DNA of 58,553 nucleotides, counting the filler, from Platydemus manokwari (lineage: Eukaryota): the NCBI GenBank assembly GCA_037951405.1. It is 4 parts of 4 records of this genome, joined end to end, with 100 filler letters (N's around TTAATTAATTAA, not from the genome) between each part and the next. Parts side by side here need not be neighbours in the genome. Positions count along the whole stretch, not along the records: positions 1 to 10,488 come from JBBMOY011130107.1; positions 10,589 to 21,156 come from JBBMOY011123441.1; 2 more parts are not named here. One strand, written 5' to 3'. Every line of letters starts with the position of its first letter. Positions within the stretch are counted from its first letter, which is position 1. The notes beneath the pieces are model-generated. The model did no database searches and was not told the origin of the DNA. It was given only the letters and a program-made list of their open reading frames with translations. The position numbers were made by a program, and so were the translations under genes. Shown piece after piece: positions 1 to 20,139 of the stretch.

Positions 1-229
1 TTAATTTTAAAATCATTTTTATATTTTATTATTTATTTTTAGTAAAATAAATTTATTTCTTTATCTTTCAATTTATTTTCATCATTCATTCGTTTAATTT
101 ATGATTATTTAAAAATAATGTTAAAATATAGACTCATCAAATGTAAAGATCACAATATTTGGAAAGAAAATTTTTTAGTAAAGGTGATAATTTTCATAAA
201 ATATATTTCTTCAGAATTTATCTGGGAGT

Positions 230-600
230 GGATATAATGAAGTCTTGCGAATTATTCTTAGTAGGGATAAAATCAATTGATACCAAGAACTTAGAATAGA
301 AATACAGTGACCAAGACAGAATCGCAATGGTACTAAAGATTATTGCAGATAAGAATGATATCTCATTGAATAATTGCATGAGAAAATGACTTCAATTTCT
401 TTGATGTCTCGGTTCGATTTGGAACTAACTGATTTGGACAACCGTGAGTTCCGAACAAAAAGAGAAACTATTGCACAAAAGTCCACAAGGCAACCAGTAA
501 ATTTAGATACAAGAATTAAAGATATGATAGAAAATCTTCTAGAAAGTAATGTTATAACAACTTTCAAGAGCCTTTCAAATTCTCTTTAGGTCATGGTTCC
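230..600 (+). mobile_element. Degenerate Gypsy-type pol fragment (protease end / start of RT)
   Basis: Translates to ..RQPVNLDTRIKDMIENLLESNVITTFKS.., resembling the Gypsy RT N-terminal pattern P..R.P....I...I..LL..G.I..S.SP. Upstream LGVDIMKS resembles the ILG.DFL protease motif. Interrupted by stops and frameshifts; boundaries approximate. Confidence 0.45.
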
Positions 601-923
601 TAAGGATCTATATAGACTCCAAAACAAAGCCGAACAGACAACAGTCTTCCCTACAATAGATTTAAGCCAAACATATTATCAGGTCAAACCTAAATAAAAA
701 TCTAAGTTGAAAAATGATGTTCAGCTCTAGAACTGATCAGAAACTTCCCGCAAATGCTGTTTTTTTCGCCAATTTTCAAAATGTTCCACAATTAAAACAA
801 ATATTATGCGTATAAACAAATCAAACAATGTTGACTGATTTTGATAGCTTATGAATTGAGCTTCAAAATGACGTGTATGTTAATGATTTGCTACAGCACA
901 CACACAAGTGTTTACATCTGGTG

Positions 924-1760
924 TCAAATTCCGGTTATTAAGTTATAGACCCAATACATTAACAGCTTACTTATTTCCAGGATACAGAATCTTAAGTAAA
1001 TTGGTTTATTAAGTTTTATTTGTTCTTTGTGAAAATGAATTGCATATAACTCATTACTAAACTTTGTAAATCTTTTAAATGTTGGTATTGTGTTTTGTCT
1101 CCTTGCTTTATTTGGATCTGTAACTAACTTTACATTTTCTCTCTTTCTTATATTGTCCATGGTTTTTTTCAAGGAAAGGGTTATTCATTAGTTTGCACAT
1201 ATCATTTTCAAAGTCACTTTTTCCTTTGGTTCTTAGATCAGTTTTTAATTGAATATACTCTTTTAACCATGGTTTCTGAGAGAACTTTAATATTCTATTT
1301 ACTCTTAATTTTCATTCCTAGTTTTAGATAGAATTGAACATTCCTATAGTGAACTACATAATTAGTTTTATCGGTTTGATTACAAACAAGTAATTCTTTT
1401 AACACAATCTTATCTTCATTTATCTTTTCTCTTTGTATTCTACTAAACATATTTAAATCTGTTTTCTTTTTTATAAGAGCTAATGGATAATCCTTTGTTA
1501 ATCCTCAGTATATTCAAGATTGACCTCTGAGATAATTCCTTCTTTTGAATCCCTTGGGATATTAGATATAATAGTTTCAAATTTATTTAAGTTAAGTCTG
1601 CTTTTATTGATTTCATTATTTAATTCATTATTGATTTCATCTATTTCTTCTTGATCAATCCATTTAAAATTATTAAAAGGTAAAGGTTCGGGCATTGCCC
1701 AACCATATAGATTATTGGGATCTAAATAAAACAAATAATTTGTTTTAAGCATCTTCTTCT
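924..1760 (-). mobile_element. Polinton/Maverick protein-primed DNA polymerase B fragment, copy 1 (pseudogenised)
   Basis: Motif A YLDPNNLYGWAMPEPLP..FKW (ORF 1498-1752). Region after motif B KTMDNIRKRENVKLV and KPIYLRFCILEISKLLMY (ORF 924-1172). Frameshifts lie between the two. Confidence 0.85.
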
Positions 1761-1999
1761 TCTATTTCTCTTTGAGCATTAAATTGTCTTATTAATAAAT
1801 CAAACTCAAAGTTATCTAAAATTCTATAATATATATATCCTTCATTTATTTATTTATTATCGAATTCAATTTATAATCCTTCATCATTGTAAATGTCCAC
1901 ATAGATATCTTTGGTTTAAAATATAACTATCTGTATTGATGTATGATATAACAATATTTTCCTTATATTTAGATTTTAAAACATAATAAAATTAATACA

Positions 2000-3000
2000 T
2001 TAATAACTTACTTAATTCTAAAATAAATTGGCTTATTTAAATTCATCTGCTCTTTATGATAATGTATTGCAAATAATTCATCATTAAAGTTTGTTGATCT
2101 TTTAAAAGTTGATTTCGTATTTTGTTTTCTAACTTTAACTGAATCAGAAAATAATTATACATTTTCACGTTTCCTAATATTTTCCATAGTTTTCTTAAAT
2201 ACAGCACTATAAATATAATATCAAGATATCTTTTTCAAATTCACTTGTACCATGTGTTCTTAAATTTGTATTTGATTAAATATATTCCTTTAACCATTCT
2301 TTTAAAAACATATTATTATTCCATTTACCTTTGTTATTTTCATCTACATTTTCAAATAAAATTGTAAGTTTTTATAATGAATAACATAGTTTTTTTATCT
2401 GTTTGAACGTAAATTGATAATTTTGATAAAGGAATTCTTTCTTTATTAATTTCTCCTCCTAACCATTATTAACAAACATTTTGAAATTAACATTCTTTGT
2501 CTCTGGAGCCAGGCAAAAATATATTGTTTGTTTTTTACATTCATTTGCATATTCAAGATCAACATCTAATAACATTCCCTGTTTTGAATTATGTGGTACC
2601 TGTTAAATTAATCATTCAAACTTTTTCAAATCTTCATTTAATTCATCTATTTGATCTTGATCTTCCTATTTAAAATTTTCATAAGGTAATGGCTGGCTCA
2701 TTACCTATCCATATAAATTATTAGCATTAATATACGTTAAATAATTCTTGCCAAAATATTTACTTGAATCAAAAAATTCATTTGGTATCCCATAAGTGTC
2801 CTTTTTACAATCGTTGATTCGCATGTTAAAAATGGAGCAGAAGCAAAAGTAGCTGGATCTAAATTTCTTTTATTTATTTAATTAGTTCCGAAAGCTTTTA
2901 TTCCATCAGGTTATATATTGTATAATTAAAGATTGTATAATTCCATAACGTTTTACAATCGTATTTATTTCAATACCTTGATTTTATAAAATCTTTGAAT
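2000..3000 (-). mobile_element. Polinton/Maverick pPolB fragment, copy 2 (more decayed)
   Basis: Manual translation gives NLDPATFASAPFLT (LDP..Y.TAP motif, ~2825-2865), YINANNLYG*VMSQPLPYENFK* (~2665-2740) and KTMENIRKRENV (~2160-2195). These duplicate the motifs of copy 1. Boundaries approximate. Confidence 0.8.
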
Positions 3001-3699
3001 ATTGTTTTTCTTCAGCTTCTGTGTTTTTAATTTTTTATTGAATCTATAATCTTTCTTAATTATTCAATCCTTTTATTTATATCAAAACTGTTCATTTTTT
3101 ATATAAAATTTGAGATAATTGAAATAACATAAGTTACATAAACCTACATTACTAGCTCCTAATCTAGGATCACATGAAGATTCTAATTTTTTTTATCAGG
3201 ATAACGAATATTAATATCTATTACTGATAATTCATTATTAGTATAAACATCATATCAGATTTTATTTGGATCCATTTTTATAAATGTTTATTTTTAGTAG
3301 TCTCAAGTTATTACTTAAGGGTATCTCAAATATTTTTTTTATTTAATTTATTTTTTTAATTTTTTTAATTTTATTTATTTCATTTATTTTATTTATTTTT
3401 TTTTAAAGGGGGGTATTTTTTAGGGGGTGTGTGTTATTATAGTCGTTTCCCCTCTACCAAGCAACTTGAGGATAAGTGAGATACAATTAACAATTCAGTA
3501 TATATATATAATTCATGTGACATAAATACGACTACTCATATTATAACAATATTGTTAAGTTATTTTATTTTGAATGATAACAGTGTTATTTTCTGATTAT
3601 TGGTGATTATTGATTTTGCAATGTGAAAATTAAATGATGCTATTTTATTTACTATTAGTTGAATTGTAAGATAGATACTGGCAGTTTATTAGAGATCAC

Positions 3700-5340
3700 A
3701 CATACACTCAGCAAATACCCAAATTTTCTACACACATGCACGTCAACTGTAAGAAATAATTCAAAAATTAATAAATTCTCACTGATCGCAATTTCATACA
3801 ATCAATAAATTCAAACCAACCTTTCACAGATGCAGAGATGCAAAAGCTGTCAGATCTATTTATAAAAAGATTGAAGAAAAGTGGATCGACCATATTTCAT
3901 CAATAAAAGCGCAAAAACCACTAAAGAGGAGGATAATCCTACAATATTATTGTCAAAGAAAAACGAAAAGATTAGATAATGAATTACCAGGATGTTCTAA
4001 GTAAATAGAAATAATCTATGTAGGACGTTGACGACTAGGAGATATTGCATTAGGATGAAATTAATAACACGAACGACATGTTCAGGATCAGCACAGAGCA
4101 AGTAGTAAAATAATTATAGAAATGAATGACAATCAAGAACACCTTATACAACAAGAGATAGCAGGCATCCAACAATATACCCAGAGAAGACAAAGTAAGC
4201 CAAATATATCTATTTTATGATTCTGCGATAAAATTCAGAATGTTTACGATAGTAAAGCAGATGAAGAAGAAATGGTCATTATTTAATTAACTATCAGGAT
4301 GGAGCGAAAGTAAGACAAGAAGAAGATGGAGATGACATATAATTTGTAAATTGTATGGGATATGACAAAATTTTATTTACTCCCTTTTTAAATTTTTTGA
4401 ATTTTATCCCATTCCTTCTTATTATTCTAACATTTTTATGTTATTATTGGTAAATCCTTTTATAGTTCTTTCTTATCACTTAATAGGGTAATAAAAATAA
4501 AAATCCAAAATTAAAACTTAATATAATAGAATAGTAATTTCTCAGATATTTTAAACTATACATTGGTTATACAAAGTGTATTATCAATTTCAATTGAGGA
4601 AGAAATAAGTGTAAAATAGCTTTATTTGACAATGATGGGTTATTTGAATTTAATTTATTACCATTTGGATTAACGGGATCTACATAAATTGATATTCATG
4701 AATGTCGCACATTTTTTGTGGACTTACTTTTCCCGATCTGTTCAGACAGATAAATAATGTTGAAAAAAATCGCATTATTGCAATTGAGAGTAGAGCCTTG
4801 AAAATATGCAAAAATTATTTAACTTTAGAAAAAGAAGCATTAGCAATCATTTTCGGCATTATTTATTAGAACATCAAATAAGATTAATTGCAGATAATAA
4901 TTCCCTAAAATGACTTATTTATTAAATAAGACATGAAGTACCATCATTTTTATATGGTAATGAGATATAGATCTATAAGATCAGAAACGTGAATACACTG
5001 TCGAGGATTAAAAGGGATTAAATTGACATTAGAAAAACTTTTTTTCTATTTCAATGGCAACAAAAGACATCTCGTGTATGAATCAACTCGAGGTGATTCA
5101 AAAAAATGATATTGAAATTCAACAAATTAAAACATCATTGAAAAACCGAGTTTGCGATGTAGACCCAAAACAGTTAATACAACCAGGATATTTTATACAT
5201 ACGAATTTATTAAAATATGATACTTGTAAAGAAACATTACTAGTAGTAATTGAAGAACATAAACATAATCTACTAATGCAGTATCACGACGGTCATCAGA
5301 GGGTTACTTAACCCCTTGGAAAATATTATCTAGTTTAAAA
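3700..5340 (+). mobile_element. Heavily degenerate, internally deleted Gypsy LTR retrotransposon
   Basis: RT piece KIALFDNDGLFEFNLLPFGL (~4612-4675). RNase H piece YLTLEKEALAIIFGI (~4815-4860). Integrase Zn-binding start LLMQYHDGH (ORF 5054-5311). Order RT-RH-IN is Gypsy-type. Boundaries approximate. Confidence 0.65.
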
Positions 5341-5594
5341 TTAAAAGATTATTAGTAGTCAGTAAATGACTAGTTTAATCCATCAACCCCAATCCAAGAA
5401 ATCATTAACAATAAAACTCTCAATTTTTCAATCCTCCATACCCCACCTACCCCCGAAATTGCACATTTTGTAATCAATCAATTTAAAAAACAATATAAAG
5501 GGATTTAACTACCCATTTACGCACTACTTAATATTAAAAAATAGTCAAAAATATTCATAAAAAATAAAAGCTAATTAAAAAAATAAATTTAAAA

Positions 5595-5705
5595 ATGAAC
5601 GAAACCAAAACTGTATTTTACTGTGAAAGATGTAATAGATACTTTAAAACAAAAACCGCGAAAATAGCTCATGAAAAATCCAAGGAGCATAAAAACGAAG
5701 TGTAA
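5595..5705 (+). CDS. 36-aa micro-ORF consisting of one C2H2 (matrin/U1-type) zinc finger; probably a truncated TE/Polinton gene
   Basis: ATG 5595, TAA 5703-5705: MNETKTVFYCERCNRYFKTKTAKIAHEKSKEHKNEV. Pattern FYC-x2-C-x3-F-x8-H-x2-S-x2-H. Too short for the supplied ORF track. Confidence 0.55.
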   Translation: MNETKTVFYCERCNRYFKTKTAKIAHEKSKEHKNEV

Positions 5706-5756
5706 CGTCCACGATTGATAGATAGTATCTATAAAGTCAAAGTCAAGAACAAAAAT

Positions 5757-6010
5757 ACAAGTCCAAACTCACAAGTCCGAAACCATAATTCCGAATGAAA
5801 TAAAGTCCGAAATTACAATCCCGAACCCACAAGTCCGAAATCATAAATCTGAAACTATAAGTTTATCAAAATTTTTCAAAGTCCAAAAAAAGCAATTCAA
5901 AATCCAAAAACCACATTGTACAAAAAATTACAAGTTAAAATTTCACAAGTCCTAAAAGTCAAAATCAGATAAAAATAAGCCAAAGTCCGATAAATTGAAA
6001 GTCCGATTAA
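5757..6010. repeat. Imperfect ~14-bp tandem array (consensus AYAAGTCCGAAAYC), about 7 units plus dispersed AAGTCC(GA) copies
   Basis: Units acaagtccaaactc, acaagtccgaaacc, ataattccgaatga, aataaagtccgaaatt, acaatcccgaaccc, acaagtccgaaatc, ataaatctgaaact (5757-5856). Further aagtcc copies continue to ~6005. Confidence 0.75.
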
Positions 6011-6013
6011 AAG

Positions 6014-9000
6014 TTATTGAGCATCATCGTCCTCCCCCTCACTTGCTGAAAAAGATAAGTCCGGATGGAACTTACTTGCCCTTGGTATATTGACATTTCT
6101 TTTACCCGTATGAAACTGCCATTGGAGGAACGATGCGCTAATGTTTGATTTAATAAATTTCATTGCCAGTTTGTTGATTAGTTGTTTACCCAACCCGAGT
6201 TTTCTTAGTATTAAATCGTTAATCTTAACCCAAATGCCCAATACTCCAACTATAAAAGTATATAATTCCACCGTGAATTTGGGGAATTTTGTTTTTATAT
6301 CATTACGCAATTGCTCATACTTTGACAGATTTTTCTTATCTGTTCCATCGATTAACTTAGGCTCATCCATTGGGTACTTGATATCAATGAGCATAATTGT
6401 TGATTTATGCTCATTGATCATTTGTAAATCTACTCGTAGGTTGGAATCAACAAACTGGCTTTTTTCATCTATAAAAATTCTAAAGCCAGTGTTATATTCT
6501 ATAAAACGAGCGACTATATCCACAATCTCATTGTGCCTATATGTTTTAAAAGAACTTGATGGAGGGCACAAGGTAAAAATATGAGTTTGTGAATCTGTTT
6601 GATATAGGCACTTTCGTTACGCCATACCATTCATGAATTTCTTGTTGAGTGTTGATAGGGTGTTGGTCTTTGCTTTTTGAATGAAGTGGAACTCGGCAAT
6701 CGATAGATATCCATGAAAAACAATCTTGCTTCATAGTGGGCTAACTGTACCTAAAAAAGTATTATACCTCCCACTTCTAATTTGCTTTGTCCATTCAATT
6801 TGATAAGATTGAACGAAACACTTTCTCAACAACTTTGGTGCCTCCTTGAATTTCTTGGGCTCTATGATTCCGGAATGAAAAAAGACCCTATCTTCGACAT
6901 GTATGTTTTGGTCGACTCGGAGCATGATGGTTTCATTTATGTAGATAAATTGTATCTTAGTGTTTAACTTGTTTGCTGCATATTTTATGGACTCGCGGAC
7001 TTTGGGCCACCATGTTTTGCTTCTCTGAGTCTGGGTCATATGTGTGTTAATCCACTCCAGTGATTGTGATATGTTGCAAATGTCGGTGCATGTTTCTGTT
7101 TTCGCAGCCTGGCATAGAGAATGGATCGAAACTTGTCTTATCATTTCGTGCTTACTCGTTAGTAGTTAGAAGACATACATGATGGACTGCGTAGTGTAAT
7201 CCTCACACAAGTTTCTAAGCCCACACCCTCCGCTTGATTTGGACGCGTACTGCAGTATTTCGGAACTCCTAATATGTTTTTATATACTTTCTCATCATGA
7301 CATCCATCTCTAGCAGATGCGTGAATGTTATGTAGTAGTTTCTTAGATAAAAAGTGGATTTTGTTTGAAAAAAAAGTTCGAGGGCTCTTAGTTTTTGCCA
7401 CGGTAAAAGGATTGAATCGGTCAATTTTTGTAAAGCAAGTTGTAAGTCGTTAAACAGTCCCTCCGTTGAATTGTGTAACTTGAGACTAAAGTTAACTCCG
7501 AGATACCTGTAGTAGTCTTCTAGTTTTATTGTTGGAATCGTTTCATTGTTAACTTTGATCTTATCAAGGTGGGATCCTTTTCTTTCATTATGGACATAGC
7601 CAAATTTTACTGTCTTAAATTTGAAACCTAATATAGTGGCTAGGTTGGTGGCCTCGTTTATCATGTCTTGTATACTCTCTCCATTCCTCCAGATCAGTGC
7701 AAGTTCGTCTGCGTAAGCCAGAAACGATATCTTGTGATTCGCCAAGAGTAGCCCTCCTAACTTGTTATTCTCCAATTTGACCAAGATTGGGTTCATAGCA
7801 ATATTAAACAGCAGCATTGAGATAGAGCACCCTTGGCGGACTCCGCGCTTCATCTCGATTGGACTCGTTTCATAGTCGCCACATTTCAGTGTAGTTTTGC
7901 AGTTCCTATAAAGACTCTTTATAAACTTGGTGGAATTAGAGTCAAGACCCATGTGTTTCAAAAGTCCAATCACTGAAGGAAAGGCTTCCTCAATGTCCAT
8001 AAATGGAATATGGATGTCATCTCTTCCTTTCCTAGAATAAGGCTCAAGAAGAGTCCAGAGCAAAAAATTGTGTTCTGCACACCCGCTCGTAGGTCTCAGA
8101 CTCTTTTGTAATGGATGGATAAGATTATTTTCATCAGTCCAGGACCTGAGATGTTGGCACAAGATCGATGTAAGAATCTTGTAACAACAGTCAATTAACG
8201 CGATCGGCCTCCAGGACCCAACCTCATTATAATGCCCTTCCTTCATCGGTTTGGGAATCATAGTCGTGGAATATATTCGCCATTCCTCAGGAATTTCCAA
8301 TTCGTCAAGGCATTTATCAAATAATGTTTTAAACAATATACATTCTGGGTCTCCATAAATAATGTCTTTATATCCAATGTTGTTGCGTCATGGAGCCGTC
8401 GGGTCTTTTTGCCTGATCGTTTTGTATATTGTTTCAATGTCGATACGGAGAAGTTGGGGCCTCTATTTGTATATTTCTTGAGTTCACAAAATTTATTACA
8501 AGCCTTACTGCATGGTACTTGACATTCTGGTAGTACAAAAAGAGGTTATTGTTTCTTGGTGTAATGTTTCTCCAACTTCTCCCTCTTTGGCCATGAATCA
8601 GCATTTGTTGAGCGATTGATGATCTGGAATGCCGCAGACGGAGCGACATTGAAAAGGTTCCTAAGTTTCAAATCTGTTGAACCACTGTCGAGATCATTGG
8701 AAGCACTGCCTAGAAAGACTTGATTAGGTTGTTTAATCGGTGTCATGTATGTAATGTGCTTGCATATTTCTAGATACATTGTGTTTATGTCTGCTCCTTT
8801 TATGTTGGTGTTTATGTTTTGTACTGGAATTTTGCGTATCTCTTTTGTGTCTTTTGGTGTCTCTTGTGGTAAGCAAAGTAGTTGTTCGCCTCTCTTGATT
8901 TTCTTTTCGTGTTGCAAGTATACGACGTTTGCCTTTTCTTTTATCTTTGTGATATTTATGTTTTCGAGGGGTACTCTGTTGCATGTGTTTCTTATGTAGC

Positions 9001-10488
9001 CAAAGACTACAGGACCACTTTCACCGAAGTTTGATTGTAGGTGGCGAGTACAGTTGGTGTTGACTGGTTTGAGTTTTTCGTTTTTTCACAATAGTCGAGA
9101 TATGTTTGTGTTTGTGATATTGATGATGTTTTCTTTTTCTTCTGGCTATATATCACCTTCTGGGTCGAATATTTTAATTGTTTCGTTCGGTACGTGTATA
9201 ATGACCACAACCCGCTTCCTTGTTTGGAGCAGAAGAGAGCAGAAGATGATTTCTCTGTTGTCAAAATATTTAAATGATAAGAATGCTTTAATATCTTCTA
9301 TATTATCTAGGGCCAGTGCTCTGCCCAGAAAGGGTTCTAAAATAAAAAACTTTCTATATCTTATCTCATTTCTTTCATGTGCCTTTCTTAGAAGAGCAGG
9401 CAGTCATCATAAAAGTTGTTTTCTTGCTGTTGCTGTGTTTTTGTTTGGTTTCCCATGGGATCAATCAATTCCATTCATTCGTCTCGAAACCCAAGCATGA
9501 GGACCCAGTGAATGTTCCTAATGTTTATTGGTGTGATGAATGTCTTGCTAGTGTTCAATGTCGGAATGTATATGTTAGATTCCTCAATGTTTAAATTGAA
9601 TGTGATTATAGTTTCAGTGATGAATGAGCCTAGATAATATACTTCATGTTCTTGGATGTTGGCCTGTATGAATGTGTCTCGCTGTTCCCCAGAGAACCAG
9701 AGTGTATTGTCAGGCACTGAGGGGTCGTACCTTGAAGTGTTGATTCTAATGTTGGTGACCCTCTCAGTGTTACCCCATCAATCAAGATCGGCTGATTTGT
9801 TTGGAAGTGGGATGAATGAGTTAAGGATGTTGATGTCGAATCTGTTCTTCCTGCTTGCATTGATTTGTTTTCTGAGTGGACGTTCGGTGCTTGTTTTCCT
9901 ACACTGAACGTATACGTGGCTTTATAGAAGTGTTGCTTGAGAGTTGAAGGTCGAGAAGCATTCTTGAGATGTTGGAAGTATTTGTTCATCGCCCAAATAC
10001 TCGCAAGTAGTTTCGGTTTCTTCATTGACTTCTGGTGAATTTTTCATTCATTTGACCTCCTTTAATATATCAAATAACATGTTCTTGATCTCGTTTATGT
10101 CTGCTTCAAGTTTGCTTATTCGTTAGCTCTCGATGTGATCTTTGATTAGTAGTGGGTTGGCTTGTGTACTCTGTTCTTGTGAGATTTTTTTTGTGAAATG
10201 ATTTCTTGTTGATGTTTTTCTTGTGTGCCTTTTAGGGTCTTATATAATTCGACTGTCTTATCTGGAATAACTGTCTTGTTTATGCTTAATTCGGTGTCTT
10301 CTTGATGACTTTGTATTTAAGTTATCTGTGTCTGAGGCAATTGTTGAGCTTGAGTTTTGTTTCCTTTGTTATGTTTAGCACGGTTGGTCATTGTATCATT
10401 GGTTGCTCTTAGACCAATTACGCCTATGATTGCCTTCTTTAATTTTCTTATGCTTATGTTTAGATTTTCGCATTTCATTGGCTCAATC
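6014..10488 (-). mobile_element. RLE-type (R2 superfamily; NeSL/R5/Utopia-like) non-LTR retrotransposon with Ulp1-like domains, RT, CCHC knuckle and restriction-like endonuclease; decayed, 5' end cut by gap
   Basis: RT (7269-8336): WRPIAL, GCAEHNFLL, GVRQGCSIS..LFNI, AYADE, YRYLG. Knuckle KCLYQTDSQTHIFTLC (~6566-6613). REL (6014-6571): RHNEI, RVDL, IDIKYP, K.SKY..L, FIVGVLG. Ulp1-like FITPINIRNIHWVL..IDP (9440-9717). Several frameshifts and stops. Confidence 0.92.
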
Positions 10489-10588
10489 NNNNNNNNNNNN
10501 NNNNNNNNNNNNNNNNNNNNNNNNNNNNNNNNTTAATTAATTAANNNNNNNNNNNNNNNNNNNNNNNNNNNNNNNNNNNNNNNNNNNN
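10489..10588. other. Artificial contig spacer (44 N + TTAATTAATTAA + 44 N)
   Basis: The identical 100-nt spacer occurs three times. The 12-mer places stop codons in all six frames. Confidence 0.97.
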
Positions 10589-10795
10589 ATCTCGAAATTT
10601 ATTTATATTTTTGCGAATATTATTTACTAGAATTATAGACACTCTATGTACCAGCTTTTGAATTGGGAGCCATTGAAAGCTATATTTGTGCTTTTGTATT
10701 TTGTTATAAAACATAGTATTACTTGTAGTTTTAATCATTTTGTTACTCATGATTATTTCTGATGGCTTATATTCATGATTTGATTGTTTTAATAG

Positions 10796-18971
<8,176 letters not shown>

Positions 18972-20139
18972 CTATTTACTCTCCAATTGACAATTAGTGT
19001 CGCTGAGCACTCAAATTAATTTCCAAACATTTTCATACAATTGTTGACGTTACAACCGACATTATTATTATTGATGATGATAAAAATTTAATAAATTATT
19101 GGGATTAACTTTATAATTAAGCTGCAGTTTTTGTGTTGAAAATTGATTTTGTTTTTATTTTATTAATAAAAGACCATAATTTCCTATTCGAAAAATTTCT
19201 GAGCTTGAAATTTATAGATTAAAAATTTAACAATATCTGCATTTGTTGCGCATATTATTACACACTGTATAACATACAAATTTGTACATTGAAATATTCT
19301 GCTTGTTGGTTTTTATTTTGTTTAAACTATCATGAAATCAGAGAGATGGAAGTTTTTTAAATAAATAATTATATAATAGATAATTTTCAGCTTTTTGTAT
19401 ATCATATTATTGTATGAGATATATTATTGTGATTGTGTCTTGGAATTAAATATGGTTATCGATTATTTTTACCAGATAAATTATCTATTCTTAATTTTCA
19501 TTTGATAAATTCTGAACGTGTTATATTTGGTTGATAATCTCTAATCCATATATTCTTTACGTTATTGTATGGGAAACTATCGCTCTATTTCGTTGAAAAT
19601 TATTTTTAATGCTTTTCGGTGTCACCTAGCAATTACAGCTAGGTATGAGACTAACTTGGTATTTTTAATTTATTTAAACAATATTTTGTGGTTTATTTTT
19701 TATTAAGAGAAATAAAATGCTTGAAATGTGGATTGTGTTAGAAAATTTATATATTATAATTTTGACTGCTATTTTCTAACAACAATTAGTTTTAACATGA
19801 TTTCAATTTATTTCTCAGTTATAGCCGTGTGTCTGAATTTTAGTTCGAATCGATTTGTTCCTTTCATTTTGATTATTATTCTATTTTTACGACTATGAAT
19901 ATTGATAAGTAACTTTAAATTTATGAGTTTATATAAAATATTAATTATTGACATGGAATATTTTATATCGATTAATAAATAATTATTATTTCGCCACAAA
20001 TCAAATTTTAAATCTATTGTTATTTATTCTTTTGTTTTAATTATTTATCAATGTAACTCAAAATAACCAGATTCGGAAAATCATTGCGAAAATTATTTGA
20101 CCAGAATCTGGAATATTTGCTATTTTCATGAATAAAAAC

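Noticed and set aside
3440-3536. TAGTCGT...ACGACTA inverted ends as a Gypsy LTR or Polinton terminus
   Set aside because: Only 7 bp of inverted match over ~95 bp, with no PBS or partner LTR; too ambiguous to call.
5757-5856. CRISPR-like array
   Set aside because: The units are contiguous degenerate 14-mers with no unique spacers, there are no cas genes, and the context is eukaryotic.
6141-9907. Plus-strand ORFs (e.g. 6141-6584, 8745-8999, 9054-9500, 9656-9907)
   Set aside because: Antisense shadows of the minus-strand retrotransposon coding sequence, with no motifs of their own.
10533-10544. Palindromic TTAATTAATTAA repeated three times as a possible biological site
   Set aside because: It is always centred in exactly 44+44 N, so it is an assembly linker. 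ORF 10541-10819 runs into the Ns and is also an artefact.
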